Assembly (NCBI GenBank): GCA_965198175.1 | Contig: OZ240245.1 | Location: 2,240,001 to 2,304,000 of the forward strand | Reading direction: 5' to 3' | Source of the DNA: Candidatus Poribacteria bacterium | GTDB lineage: Bacteria; Poribacteria; WGA-4E; PCPOR2b | DNA: 64,000 nt | Part shown: positions 40,343 through 50,974 of the stretch, piece after piece | Layout: each line of letters begins with the position of its first letter | Numbering within the stretch: the first letter of the stretch is position 1 | Made by a program: the position numbers and the translations under genes | The notes under the pieces: generated by a model | Told to the model about the DNA's origin: nothing | The model's database searches: none | Seen by the model: only the letters and a program-made list of their open reading frames with translations

Positions 40343-41620
40343 CTAAACGGGCAATTCATTTTTGATAAACTTGCCTTCAATCATCACCGCTTTGGGCTTC
40401 AAATCAGTATCTAGAATGACAAGGTCTGCATCTTTGCCTGGCGCAATGGATCCCTTCTGCTTGTCCACACCGAGACTCTTCGCTGGGGTGAGGCTCGCCA
40501 TGGTCACTGCCTCTTCGAGTGTATATCCCCAACTGACGACGTTGCGCAAGCCCTCCATTAGCGTAATCATCCCACCATAAAGTCTTGCGTCTGCTTCCCT
40601 CAGATTTATCCAGATTGCTCCGTTTTTGATGTAATAGTTTAGATTTGAGGTGGCGGATAAAATTCCCCACTTAAGCCTGTACGCATCAAGGTCGGATTCA
40701 TAAACGGTGTATTCCATCCACTCCTCCTTAGAAACTCCCGCCAATGCAGTACAATCCGTGATGAGTCCTACACCTTGAATCCCTTTCCACATAATGAGGG
40801 TTTGTGCCCAAATCGGCTTGACGTGTTGTTCATCAACGATAAGCTCTGCATGAATCTTCGGATGGGAGTAGATTGCTTCGACAGCGCCGAGATTGCGTTG
40901 GTGCATGCCACTCATGCCGTTATAGGTGTGTGTCGCCCGTGTAATGCCTGCATCTATAGCTGCCGTGGCTTGGTCATACGTTGCGTTGGTATGCCCCATC
41001 GCGACGGTGATGTTATTGTAGGTTTCTTCGCTGTAGGTTGCTAGATGCTTGGTGAATTTGAGCCCTTCATCATTTTCGGGAGCAATGGCTATAATTTTGA
41101 TGGTCCCATCTGAAGCTGCCCACATGGTGTGGAAATCTTCAAAATTCGGAGGGCTAATGTATTCAGTATTTTGAGCACCTGACTTTACGTGACTTCCAAA
41201 TTTGCCCTCGACATAAGATCCTAGAATTCGCGAACCGCTCTCAACCGGATTATCAACTAGGTATCCAACCGCTTCTAGCGAACGGTTGATTCGCTCCATG
41301 CCTGCCGATGGGATTGTCAATACCAACGAAGTGACACCGTGTGCAGCGTGTGCACGAGCGGCTTTTTCCAAATCTTCCGTGTTACTGATGAGAGTGTCGG
41401 CGCCACCACCTCCGTGAACTTGCGCATCAATTAAGCCAGGAATCACACTGCAACCAGTTGCGTCAATTGTAGTCACTGATTGGTGCTCCGATGGAGCCAA
41501 CGGTTCGGTGCGAATTGATTCAATCTTGTCACCCTGTACGAAGATGTTGCCTTTAGACTGATAGGAAGGGGTATAGATCTCTGCGCCGATAATGGCGAAT
41601 ATTGTATCTTCTGATGTCAT
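40343..41620 (-). CDS. nagA: N-acetylglucosamine-6-phosphate deacetylase
   Basis: PGLID.QVHG, APE, MGHTNAT, THTYNGM, TDC, TPAKSLG, GKDADLV. Confidence 0.85.
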   Translation of the reverse strand: MTSEDTIFAIIGAEIYTPSYQSKGNIFVQGDKIESIRTEPLAPSEHQSVTTIDATGCSVIPGLIDAQVHGGGGADTLISNTEDLEKAARAHAAHGVTSLVLTIPSAGMERINRSLEAVGYLVDNPVESGSRILGSYVEGKFGSHVKSGAQNTEYISPPNFEDFHTMWAASDGTIKIIAIAPENDEGLKFTKHLATYSEETYNNITVAMGHTNATYDQATAAIDAGITRATHTYNGMSGMHQRNLGAVEAIYSHPKIHAELIVDEQHVKPIWAQTLIMWKGIQGVGLITDCTALAGVSKEEWMEYTVYESDLDAYRLKWGILSATSNLNYYIKNGAIWINLREADARLYGGMITLMEGLRNVVSWGYTLEEAVTMASLTPAKSLGVDKQKGSIAPGKDADLVILDTDLKPKAVMIEGKFIKNELPV

Positions 41621-41832
41621 GTTGTTTTCCGATCAACAATTGCAATCTGTTATGTTCGGTAGGTAAGTCAAAAACCACCTCCATTCAGAAACGGGTAATG
41701 CGGCAGATTAACCCTGTTTACAATAAACGGCTAACTCATCATTCCGAAATCTGTGATTAGAAAACATAGGGTTAAACTCTGGGATTGTTGGGGTATTGAT
41801 TATGGACTACAGATTATTTCATCACAATGGAT

Positions 41833-42579
41833 TCAATACGTTGCTCTGCCACCGCTCACATCGTAACACTGCCCGGTTACGAAGCTGGCATCGTCTGACG
41901 CTAAGAAATGAACAACAGCCGCAACCTCCTCCGGTTTGCCTACCCGCCCCAACGGAATTTTGCTGACCATATAATCAATTGTCGATTGACTTACCTGATT
42001 GAGGATGCTCGTTTCAATAACCGCCGGTGAAACACAATTGACGCGTATATTGTGCGCCGTTACTTCCTTAGCGAGTGCTTTGGTCAGGCAGATGACACCT
42101 GCCTTGGATGCAGAGTATGGGATGAGAGTTGGATTTCCTTCTTTGCCAGCGATTGAGGCAACACTCACAATCTTACCGTACCGTCGCTGAATCATGTGAT
42201 CGATGACCGCCTTGCAACAGAGGAAAACGCCTTTTAAATTCACATTGATGACTCTATCCCAGTCGGTTTCCTCCAACTGCGTTAGCGGCGCAGTTTTGCC
42301 AGCGATGCCTGCGTTGTTTATCAGAATATCAATCTGGTTCAAAGTGCTCAACGTCTGTTGAACCATGTCTTGAACCTGATCCCGCTTTGAAACATCTGCC
42401 TGAATGGGGAGAGCTTGACATTTCAACGTTTCAACCGATTGTGCGACTTCCTGAATGCTCACCAGGTCAATATCCACTAGGACAACATCTGCTCCAGCCC
42501 GTGCGAAGCGAAGTGCTATCGCCCGTCCAATCCCCTGTCCTGCACCAGTTACAATAGCAACCTTTCCACTTAAGTTCAT
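41833..42579 (-). CDS. SDR-family NAD(P)-dependent oxidoreductase
   Basis: TGAGQGIG, NNAG, YSASK. Confidence 0.93.
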   Translation of the reverse strand: MNLSGKVAIVTGAGQGIGRAIALRFARAGADVVLVDIDLVSIQEVAQSVETLKCQALPIQADVSKRDQVQDMVQQTLSTLNQIDILINNAGIAGKTAPLTQLEETDWDRVINVNLKGVFLCCKAVIDHMIQRRYGKIVSVASIAGKEGNPTLIPYSASKAGVICLTKALAKEVTAHNIRVNCVSPAVIETSILNQVSQSTIDYMVSKIPLGRVGKPEEVAAVVHFLASDDASFVTGQCYDVSGGRATY

Positions 42580-42744
42580 ACGACCCTCCTTGAATCACTT
42601 TGCCCTGTTTCCGTCGTGCAAAATCTTCGTTCTCTTTTGGAATGAATGTAGATTAGTTCAATGAGTATGGATTGGAATCCGAAGGGTTATTGAAACCATC
42701 CGGAGCCACCCGGCTGGAGGCATCAATGCAAATTTGAAGGGCTA

Positions 42745-43401
42745 TTAGGGGTTGACCCGAAAATTATGCAGCCCATGACGGAATATTACAACCCCGTTTC
42801 TATTGGTTATATTTACTTTAATCTCATATTGGCTGAACCAATCGACAAGACCCGTGATAATCTCGCCTCCATGTAGCGTCGAAGTAACTGAAATGTTTTC
42901 TTTGCAGCATCGCGTTAGAAGATGGTTTTCAACTTCGTATCGTTCGAATCGCGGGACAATCGCGGCTAGTTTTCGAGACCTCAGTGCTTCATCGAAACCA
43001 ATATGCATTATAATCTGTGATGCCTGATTGCGCCTATACATATATTTTATGCTGATTTTCTCAATGCGTCGGACCTGTCCTTCCGATAGAACATCGAAAG
43101 CATAAGTCAACCGACGAATGATAATGCCTTCAACTGTTTCGCCATAGCGTGCGAAAACCATCTGGGTCTTCTTCCGAATCTGCTTCTGTACGTAGGAACG
43201 TCCGTAACCTTCTGCGCGGATCTGTGCCAACAGCGTTGGGGCTAAAGGACGGTGTGAGCGTCCACTCCGAGATTTGTACCTTTGACGGTTTCGAACTCGT
43301 CCGTACGAACTAAGCAATTGGGTGGAACGCTTATGTGTTGCAGAAACCGAACCCTGTGAATCGCTTTCAGGACGCAAGGCAACGGTTTTCGGACTCACCA
43401 T
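42745..43401 (-). CDS. Basic protein with two Hfq/LSm-like domains
   Basis: C-terminal segment aligns by eye with Hfq Sm1/Sm2 (VTSTLHGGEIITGLVDWFSQY...VIFRHGL); a similar upstream domain. Confidence 0.55.
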   Translation of the reverse strand: MVSPKTVALRPESDSQGSVSATHKRSTQLLSSYGRVRNRQRYKSRSGRSHRPLAPTLLAQIRAEGYGRSYVQKQIRKKTQMVFARYGETVEGIIIRRLTYAFDVLSEGQVRRIEKISIKYMYRRNQASQIIMHIGFDEALRSRKLAAIVPRFERYEVENHLLTRCCKENISVTSTLHGGEIITGLVDWFSQYEIKVNITNRNGVVIFRHGLHNFRVNP

Positions 43402-43660
43402 TAACGAATTGACCTCTTGTTATCAGATGGTTGCAACACCTCAAGCGATGCATTATGTGGAGAAGAGCGAGTCGCAGTTCGCTTAATCTGCGTTTGGTCG
43501 AAAAACTGATGCGTCGTTCATGCAGTGAAAGTTTGACATTCTCCTGCGCTTCAGCATATCGTCATCCTTAATCCAGGAAAGCAAGGCTCAGAAAGATTTC
43601 TGCATTTCTGCGTAGTATCGTCCTTAGGAGTATAATACCGAGTCGAAAAGCTGATTTTTA

Positions 43661-43689
43661 TTGCTTACGTATCGGAATTTTGGTATAAT
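43661..43689 (+). promoter_or_regulatory. Sigma70-type promoter
   Basis: TTGCTT-N17-TATAAT. Confidence 0.55.
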
Positions 43690-43729
43690 TCGTTTGTTTT
43701 AACCCTTTCTGCAATGGCATGGTGCCTTT

Positions 43730-44080
43730 ATGAGATCGCCTTTTTTCGGTGGAAAAACGCCCAAGACGTTTCGCTTTTTACGCTTTATCTATCACCTTCC
43801 GAATTTCATGAAACTTACGTGGCGACTGTTTTGGGACTCGCGCGTTCCGATTCATCGTAAGGCGATTTTCGTAGTATTTGTTATGCTAGCTGTCGTTCTG
43901 TCGGTTGCTTACTTCCATCTCCCCTTTGATGCAATTCCTGATTTTCTTCCGATTGGACGAGGCGACGATCTGCTTGTCGGAATTTTCCTGATTTTGGTTC
44001 CTGGTGCATGGCTTTTTATCAAACTTGCCCCTGAAGACATTGTACTTGAACATGTAGACCGGATTTCGAAGCGACATTGA
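43730..44080 (+). CDS. YkvA/DUF1232-family membrane protein
   Basis: DSRVP...K, YFHLPFDAIPDFLPIGRGDDL. Confidence 0.85.
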   Translation: MRSPFFGGKTPKTFRFLRFIYHLPNFMKLTWRLFWDSRVPIHRKAIFVVFVMLAVVLSVAYFHLPFDAIPDFLPIGRGDDLLVGIFLILVPGAWLFIKLAPEDIVLEHVDRISKRH

Positions 44081-44583
44081 AGATGTGAATTAAGCCACAG
44101 ACATCTTGAGCACGAGTAGGCGGAAACTCAACATCGACTGTAGGGGTCGCCAAAGATATTCGACAATTCCATTATTGTTGGGCGATACGCTTGTAGCCCA
44201 TACCAATATGGCTGAGAGGATTTGGGCGATCGTTCGTGGCTTTGTGCACCACTTTCCGGAGTATTCACAAAAAGAGCCCCTCACGTTATATTTGTATCCG
44301 TGGATTTGGCATCAATCTCTCATCAGTTCATTTCACGACTGGTAGCCTCACTAACCCTCAACATGGGTCAAAAAAGAATACCACGACAATGAAAAACGCG
44401 CAACTAGAAAGTGAAATCATTGTGTGCTCCGCGTTCCTTTTGTCTTGATCTATGGGAGTGAATCTGCTAGAATAGATTTTTTGTTGGAAATCTGGTGAAT
44501 TCGTTGTGGAAACTATTTGAGGATAGGATTTGTGAACGTCGTTTTGTTTAAGATTTTGGGACGTACAACGGAAGGAGTGGCTG

Positions 44584-45756
44584 ATGAGCCAATCGTGGAC
44601 CCGTAGTGGAAACGAAGTCCTGGCGACCCTGCAAGATGTTGTGGCGATTGAAAGCGTTAACCCCGATTTGCCCGGCGGCAGTCGTGGTGAGGTCGGTATG
44701 GTGGAATATATCGCTGAGTTTTTTGGCGCCGTTGGCATCCCCTATGAAACACATGAAATCCTACCTGGGCGCAGTAACATTGTCGCCACGCTTGAGGGCG
44801 AAACCGCTGACCGTGTGTTATTGTTTGAATGTCACATGGACACGGCTAGCGCCGACATCATGACAATCCCCCCATTCGAGCCACACATCCGTGACGGACT
44901 GCTCTATGGGCGCGGTGCTTCTGACACGAAAGCCGGTGGCGCGGCGATGATGCACGCGATGAAACGTTTGAAAGTAGCGGGTGTCAAGCCACCGTGCACT
45001 ATCAAGTATGCGGGCGCCGTGGATGAAGAATATCGCTTTCGTGGGGCGCTGCACCTCGCAGCAACCATCAAGGCAGACGCGGCGATCATCGCGGAACCGA
45101 CTGAACTGGCTGTCATCCGTGCACACAAGGGAATTGCGCGTTTTCGAATCGTGGTCAAGGGGATCGCTGCGCACAGCTCTAAGCCGCACCTCGGCATCAA
45201 CGCCATATCCAAAATGGCGCGGATTATTTCCGCTATTGAGAACGAAATTGTACCGACGTACGAAGCAAGCACTCATCCCCTAGTCGGCAGTCCAACAGTA
45301 AATATCGGCGTAATTGCTGGCGGGACGCAGTTCAACTTCGTTCCAGACCGATGCGTCATTGAGGTTGACCGACGTGTCATCCCCGGTAAGACACCGGAGG
45401 CAGCGCTGGAGGAGTTCCGCGAACTGTTATTCCGCGCTCAGGCGGCTGACTCAGAGTTAGATGCGTTTTTGGAAGAGCCGTTCTTGCTGGATGGAGCCAT
45501 GGAGACACCTGAGGACGCGACCATTGTACAAGTCGCTACCGATGCTTGTCGCGCCGTGCAAGGCACCGCGGCAATCACGGGTGTACCCTATGGCACCGAT
45601 GCCAGCAAATTTACCGCTGTCGGCGTTCCTGCGATTGTCTTCGGTCCTGGCAGCATTAATCAGGCACACGCCGCCGTTGAGTGGATAGCCTGTGAGCAAG
45701 TTTTGACGGCTGTGGACATCTATCAACAGATAATGATAACAGATTGTCCAGTTTGA
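44584..45756 (+). CDS. M20-family (ArgE/DapE-like) deacylase
   Basis: HMDT, GRGASDTK, VDEE, AEPT, AAHSS, YGTDA, QAH. Confidence 0.9.
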   Translation: MSQSWTRSGNEVLATLQDVVAIESVNPDLPGGSRGEVGMVEYIAEFFGAVGIPYETHEILPGRSNIVATLEGETADRVLLFECHMDTASADIMTIPPFEPHIRDGLLYGRGASDTKAGGAAMMHAMKRLKVAGVKPPCTIKYAGAVDEEYRFRGALHLAATIKADAAIIAEPTELAVIRAHKGIARFRIVVKGIAAHSSKPHLGINAISKMARIISAIENEIVPTYEASTHPLVGSPTVNIGVIAGGTQFNFVPDRCVIEVDRRVIPGKTPEAALEEFRELLFRAQAADSELDAFLEEPFLLDGAMETPEDATIVQVATDACRAVQGTAAITGVPYGTDASKFTAVGVPAIVFGPGSINQAHAAVEWIACEQVLTAVDIYQQIMITDCPV

Positions 45757-45878
45757 CACAATCGTATCCCCTGACCGTAGTAACGCGGAAAATTGGCAAG
45801 AGTATCGAGAAATCTCAAGTGAGCATTTAGATTGTAACTCAATGTGACTAATTGAGTTTCAGAACAGGAGAGAAAGAT

Positions 45879-46349
45879 ATGTTGTCGGTCAAGCAATTGG
45901 GGCACGTTGGGATTTATTGCAGCGATCTACAGAGATCTAAGGACTTTTATACCCGCATGCTCGGTCTCACCGTCACCGATGAAGATCCCGAAGGTCAGCT
46001 CATTTTCCTTAGTGCGCAGCCTGAGGAGGAGCACCATGAAGTCGCTCTTTGTCCAGGCAGGGATACGCCACCGGGGGCAAAGGTCATCCAGCAGATTTCC
46101 TTCATCGTGGAAGATCTTGCCACGCTGAAACAGTTTTACCAACATCTCAAGCAAAATGGTGTGCGTTTCCGAAACGTCGTCAGCCACGGCATTTCCATCG
46201 CTATCTATTTCTACGATCCCGACGACAATGTCCTTGAGGTTTACGCAAAAACCCCGTACCGGACGCGACAGCCTTACCTAGAGGAAGTGAATCTTGAGCT
46301 GACAGAGCAGGAGTTGCTAGCCATTGCTGAAGCAAGCCTCCAGTCTTAG
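45879..46349 (+). CDS. VOC-family protein (glyoxalase/extradiol dioxygenase-like)
   Basis: LGHVGIY, EHHEVAL, HGIS.AIYFYDPDDNVLE; AGGAG RBS. Confidence 0.85.
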   Translation: MLSVKQLGHVGIYCSDLQRSKDFYTRMLGLTVTDEDPEGQLIFLSAQPEEEHHEVALCPGRDTPPGAKVIQQISFIVEDLATLKQFYQHLKQNGVRFRNVVSHGISIAIYFYDPDDNVLEVYAKTPYRTRQPYLEEVNLELTEQELLAIAEASLQS

Positions 46350-46424
46350 CTCTGCTTCCGTGAGTTTTTTCAGCATGTCGTTTAAGTGTTATGCTAACTA
46401 TAATTGATAAGAGGAGATTATCCG

Positions 46425-47735
46425 ATGACCGAAAGACGCAAACCGTATGTTTATGTTACGCTGGAAGGGCCTGATGATGGCGGCGATTTTGGACCGAATA
46501 CACCGGGAACCAAAACGAGTGGGTTCCAAGAAGCGATAGATTACGCACATGAGAACTGTAGGGATGTCTACGTTTTTGGGGGCAGGGGTGGTATGCACGG
46601 CGGCGAAGGCAACCCGCACAACGTGTATACGCTTGATGAGACATTGCGGATTCCCTGGAGTCAGGATTTCCGAATGGATGGCGGAAATTATCTTTTAGGC
46701 TACCGGAAAACTACCGGGGATGCGATACATATTGACAGCCAGATGAATTGCAGGTACAAGCTTGGTCTTCTTACTTGCGCCTCTGATGGCGCCACAGTCC
46801 GAATCAAACCGGAGACACCAGGTCCTGACGATTTTGTTGCCATTACCGCCAGCATATTTGACTTCTCTGCCGTCTGTTCTCAGGGGACCGGAATTGTGAT
46901 AGATTCTTCGGAAGGACTCATAATAAATAGTAAGGTCTTCGCTGAAGAAACAAATACACGGAAGCAGGGGGTCTATGTCACCGATGCCGGAGGATCGGGG
47001 CAATGGATTAGCAATAATCATATACAAGTAATGTATGGAAATCAGTACCACGCCCATGCGAATTGCACGGGCCTTCGGTTGGGCGACCCTGGATCCAAGA
47101 AGATTGTAAACAATACGTTTGAGATGTCTTTCCATGCGCCGAGAGGGGCATATCTGGATCCCGATACAAAGAGATACCTAACTGCTGAAGATTTTGTCCC
47201 AGAGAATGCTGTCGGGGCAGATATATTCGCTCAACGAAATGTGCTGAATTTGTCATTTTATGGCAAAAGGTCTTCGGGGCAAGACATTATTTTTGAGCCG
47301 GAATCTAGGGATAACACGATCCATGCTTTCAACCTTCCGAATGGCATCACAAACAGAGCAACCGTACCCACGAATCGAATCGTACCCAATTGGCCTGTCG
47401 GTTTCGATGTTTCCACTCCGCCGGTTCCGGCGTCGGGGGAATTCGCTGTGAACACTACCCCATATACTGCGCAAATCATCATTCTCACGGCTGGCGCAAT
47501 TTCGAGTTGGACGTTGACAGATGCCGAGAGCCCTGCTCAGACTTACCCACGGAACCTTAGCCTCGCAGACAATCTGAATCGACCTCAACTTTCAGAACCA
47601 CCGGCGCGGGCGCCGATTAATCAAACTATTTCAGCGGGCTTTTTCCCCGGACAGACAATTATCTTGGAGCCGGGGGAAAAGATACAACTCACGTATTCGC
47701 AAGCTCCAACCTGGAGATGGAAGGCTCTACGATAA
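46425..47735 (+). CDS. Hypothetical beta-helix-like protein
   Basis: GAGGAG RBS; N-terminal DGGDFGPNTPGTKTSGFQEAIDY, Gly/Asn/Ile-rich core, C-terminal TPPVPASG...LTYSQAPTW. Confidence 0.7.
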   Translation: MTERRKPYVYVTLEGPDDGGDFGPNTPGTKTSGFQEAIDYAHENCRDVYVFGGRGGMHGGEGNPHNVYTLDETLRIPWSQDFRMDGGNYLLGYRKTTGDAIHIDSQMNCRYKLGLLTCASDGATVRIKPETPGPDDFVAITASIFDFSAVCSQGTGIVIDSSEGLIINSKVFAEETNTRKQGVYVTDAGGSGQWISNNHIQVMYGNQYHAHANCTGLRLGDPGSKKIVNNTFEMSFHAPRGAYLDPDTKRYLTAEDFVPENAVGADIFAQRNVLNLSFYGKRSSGQDIIFEPESRDNTIHAFNLPNGITNRATVPTNRIVPNWPVGFDVSTPPVPASGEFAVNTTPYTAQIIILTAGAISSWTLTDAESPAQTYPRNLSLADNLNRPQLSEPPARAPINQTISAGFFPGQTIILEPGEKIQLTYSQAPTWRWKALR

Positions 47736-47931
47736 TCCTTCTAGATCGGGCGGTGCAAAGCAACAACTAAGGGTGCGTATTTTCATATAAATCGACTATT
47801 CTACCTTACTGGATACGGGAAAGGGAGGCTGCAATTAGATCCATTTTGCCCCGCTTCTTTCTGATCGCAAGATTACATGGAAGATCAATCTCTAAGTCAG
47901 TGTTCTTGAATCAATCACATCGTTCGTTGCA

Positions 47932-49164
47932 TTAATAAGTTGCCTGGAATGTTAATGAAGCGATGTTGTTGATGTAGTCCAGAAAGTCGAAGATTTCGGC
48001 TGTCTCGTTGGTACTATTCTTGGTAAGTTGATAATCTGCGAGTAGGGTAAAGTGGTCGCGGAGTTGCCAATTGAACCGGAAATTTAAGCCGGTCTGATTG
48101 TCTTTCCGTTTCTCGGCGTTTTCATCAAGAAGGAGCCCGGCACCGCGTACTTTACGTTCATTGAAATATATGCCTAGATGGGACAGACGCAGGCGAGCCC
48201 AAGTATGGCTGTCGATTTTGTAGAATGCGCTCATCGCCACTTGGAGGCTGGAATAGTCGTAGAACCCGACATCAGAATTGTTGAGAAACAGATTTAATTC
48301 TTCTTGCAATACCAACTGAGCCGTTGAAATTTCAATTAGTTTGGCGGATGCAAACTGGCGTAGATCGGTTCGGGTTTCATTTCCTTGTAGCCCTGCTATA
48401 AATTGCACTAGATTGTTCAGATTATCTCTGTAATTCTCACGTTCCATTGAATACTCGAACTTTGCCAACACACGCTTCAAAAAACCAACCTGCATCCGCG
48501 CCACACCCTGATGGCTTGTGGATCCAACAAGAAGAAAATCCTCGCGCCTTGTCAGTTCATCATCGAACCGGCGCATACGGAGATTGTATTCCAATAACTT
48601 TCCGAATCGGAAACTCAATTGGCGCTGTATGTTATCGTAAGTGTCATCTTTACGATCCAATCGCTGGAGCTGATGTGATAGGCTCAGAAGTGGAAGTTGA
48701 GAGGTCGGGCGAAAACTGAGTTCTGTCAGAAAGAGATCTGTAAACGCATCGAATTCGTTGAGTTGTCCGTTTTCTCCGATATAGTTCTCAAATTGCGGAT
48801 AATACTGGAATTTCAACCCGAAATGGGTTCCAAGCGGTAGGGTTCCTTGGAAGTTAACGCCGGCTTGATTGACAACGCCTTGAAGCTGCGGGTTTTCACG
48901 TCCGGCAAGGCTGCTGGTATTGGGATCAATGCTCAATCCAAATTCGAGATGATTATTGAAGGTGTTACTAAGTTGATAATCAGCTGTTAGCTCAGATTCG
49001 AAGGCTGGTGCTTCTTCTATTTCCTGCTCAAACAGTTCTTGACCAAATTGCCGTTGGAGTTGTGCGGATGAGATTGAGGCGCTGATTGACAAAAGCGAAA
49101 AGATACAAATCCAGATAAAGCGTATAGATTGGGCTTGAAAAGACAGTTGTTGCAATTGATCCAT
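47932..49164 (-). CDS. Putative outer-membrane beta-barrel protein
   Basis: Signal peptide, alternating amphipathic strands, C-terminal LTFQATY aromatic terminus. Confidence 0.7.
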   Translation of the reverse strand: MDQLQQLSFQAQSIRFIWICIFSLLSISASISSAQLQRQFGQELFEQEIEEAPAFESELTADYQLSNTFNNHLEFGLSIDPNTSSLAGRENPQLQGVVNQAGVNFQGTLPLGTHFGLKFQYYPQFENYIGENGQLNEFDAFTDLFLTELSFRPTSQLPLLSLSHQLQRLDRKDDTYDNIQRQLSFRFGKLLEYNLRMRRFDDELTRREDFLLVGSTSHQGVARMQVGFLKRVLAKFEYSMERENYRDNLNNLVQFIAGLQGNETRTDLRQFASAKLIEISTAQLVLQEELNLFLNNSDVGFYDYSSLQVAMSAFYKIDSHTWARLRLSHLGIYFNERKVRGAGLLLDENAEKRKDNQTGLNFRFNWQLRDHFTLLADYQLTKNSTNETAEIFDFLDYINNIASLTFQATY

Positions 49165-49322
49165 CCTTTTCCCACCAAGTTGAATTTAGGCGTCGCACAG
49201 AAACTTGTTTGCAGTTACTAATACGCCCCTCTCAACTCGCGGGGGTAATCGTTTATTTACGATTTACAAATCCACTAGCCTATAGCGAGAGAACAATTCT
49301 ATTGGGAAACGACAATTGAGTT

Positions 49323-49541
49323 TTAGCTGGAAGCCACTCCCATTACACAGGCGTAGCCTTCATCAATGGCAAAACTAGTTGGTCGATGCGACGACAAATT
49401 GATTGTAGACAAGATTATGGGCGTTTCATTGTCAGTAACATCTGCAATCAAGAAAACACCGTTGCTACTGGTCACGCAAAGCACGTCTCCCGATAGCTGA
49501 ATATCCGTCATTAGTAAATTGTGCAGACCCCACCTGCGCAA
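49323..49541 (-). pseudogene. Possible LVIVD-repeat beta-propeller fragment
   Basis: DIQLSGDVLCVT...GVFLIADVTDNETPIILS...DEGYACV resembles LVIVD repeats but is only 72 aa and lacks a clear RBS. Confidence 0.35.
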
Positions 49542-49750
49542 CTGCTGCCTGATTTCTGAGTGATATCCCCAGCAACAGTTGCCTCCTCACTAGCTTCGAA
49601 ATCTGCGAGTACTTCAGCAGTTTCATTTGCCGGTGACGACAAACCGACCTGAAACTGTCCAGTCGGTGTGAAGGTGGTAACACATCCTGAAAAATTGATT
49701 GATGCCAAGAATACAACTATAACAAAGCAATTTAACAAATATATTCGCAT
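49511..49750 (-). CDS. Small lipoprotein with C-terminal CAGGVC motif
   Basis: AAGGAGG RBS, lipobox FSGC, acidic linker. Confidence 0.7.
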   Translation of the reverse strand: MRIYLLNCFVIVVFLASINFSGCVTTFTPTGQFQVGLSSPANETAEVLADFEASEEATVAGDITQKSGSSCAGGVCTIY

Positions 49751-49801
49751 GAGAGTAACCTCCTTGAAATTACGATTTTCGCGATGCGTGAAACTTTACG
49801 T

Positions 49802-50974
49802 TCATAACTTCATCTGCTGGTAATTCACTTCATCAAGGTTGTTCGTGCCGAGTCCCAAACGCCATGATGATCGAATGTATTTCGCTGATTGAGCAGGTTT
49901 CAACCCTGCCTCTTGGCGTTTTTCGTTAATCGTTTCCAGCGCAATCTGATCTACTGCGACTGGATCGGGGCTTACTAGTAATCCTCCATATTTCCATACT
50001 CCGTTTGGATCGTAGACCGGTCCTCCATCAAATGCAGCAAGCAATCCATCGGCGATGTTCAACACGACCTTGTCATTGATGACAGGGTGGGCAAAAATGT
50101 CTCCAATCGCAGGGTCACAGTTTAGCGGGTTTGAGTGGAATCGTAAAGTATTATCAACACTTCCAAACGCAAGGTTTTTCAAGCAGCCGCTAATCCCTGT
50201 AATCGCATGGTGTTTCAGTATGGGGACGTTGATGATTGCTGTAACCTTGTCAGTAAGTATCTTCGTGTACCTGGATGCGGTGCTTCCATCCTCACGTCGC
50301 ACTTCAACATCCTTTTCAGTTTCGTAGAAAGTTTCGTCGTCATACCCAACGCCGTCACTATCTGACGCAAGACAACGCACGCCTTGGTTACTCAAGTTGA
50401 TTTTGTAGCCTGCGTTGATTAGGTGCGCCTCGAATCGATCCCAGATGATGACCTGATCCCTGAGAACGCCCGCTTCGTAAAGTTGATCGACAATTGTATC
50501 GACGAGAATCCGATGCGTGCAGAGCTTTTTTCCACCGATAGGATTAATCTTAATGCCGATGATGTCGTGGGGCAACACAAACTCTCGCCACGCCTCTTTC
50601 ACGGAATCCAACCCAGTCAACTTAATCATTGCACGACTAAGCATTTCACCGACAATCTGCCCATTGAGCACGTCACCGTCCCACACTTTGTCGCCGATAA
50701 CTTCGACCACAGGAGTTAAATCCTGGATAGTCGCCTCACCCAATGGCGGTTGAACTGCTTGCGCGAAGGTAAGCTTATTTCCCTGGGCGAGTGTCCCTAG
50801 CGCGAGTCCAGCACCAATCACCCCTTTTGCTGACTGGCTAAAAAAGCGACGCCGATTCACCCGCTGTGTTGTCAAAGCGGCTGGCTGTGGTTCGGCGACT
50901 CTTTCACGTGAAACCTGATGGCAATCTTCAATTATCTGTTCAAGAATTGAACCGCTTGATTTTATCTTTTTCAT
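49802..50974 (-). CDS. DUF362-domain protein with Tat signal
   Basis: NRRRFF twin-arginine, IGIKIN, INVPILKHH..TGISGCLKNL, DPVAVD. Confidence 0.85.
   Translation of the reverse strand: MKKIKSSGSILEQIIEDCHQVSRERVAEPQPAALTTQRVNRRRFFSQSAKGVIGAGLALGTLAQGNKLTFAQAVQPPLGEATIQDLTPVVEVIGDKVWDGDVLNGQIVGEMLSRAMIKLTGLDSVKEAWREFVLPHDIIGIKINPIGGKKLCTHRILVDTIVDQLYEAGVLRDQVIIWDRFEAHLINAGYKINLSNQGVRCLASDSDGVGYDDETFYETEKDVEVRREDGSTASRYTKILTDKVTAIINVPILKHHAITGISGCLKNLAFGSVDNTLRFHSNPLNCDPAIGDIFAHPVINDKVVLNIADGLLAAFDGGPVYDPNGVWKYGGLLVSPDPVAVDQIALETINEKRQEAGLKPAQSAKYIRSSWRLGLGTNNLDEVNYQQMKL

Noticed and set aside
43533..43602. Possible IS200/IS605-like end remnant (TTGACATTCTCC...)
   Set aside because: No clean subterminal hairpin and no transposase or TnpB nearby.
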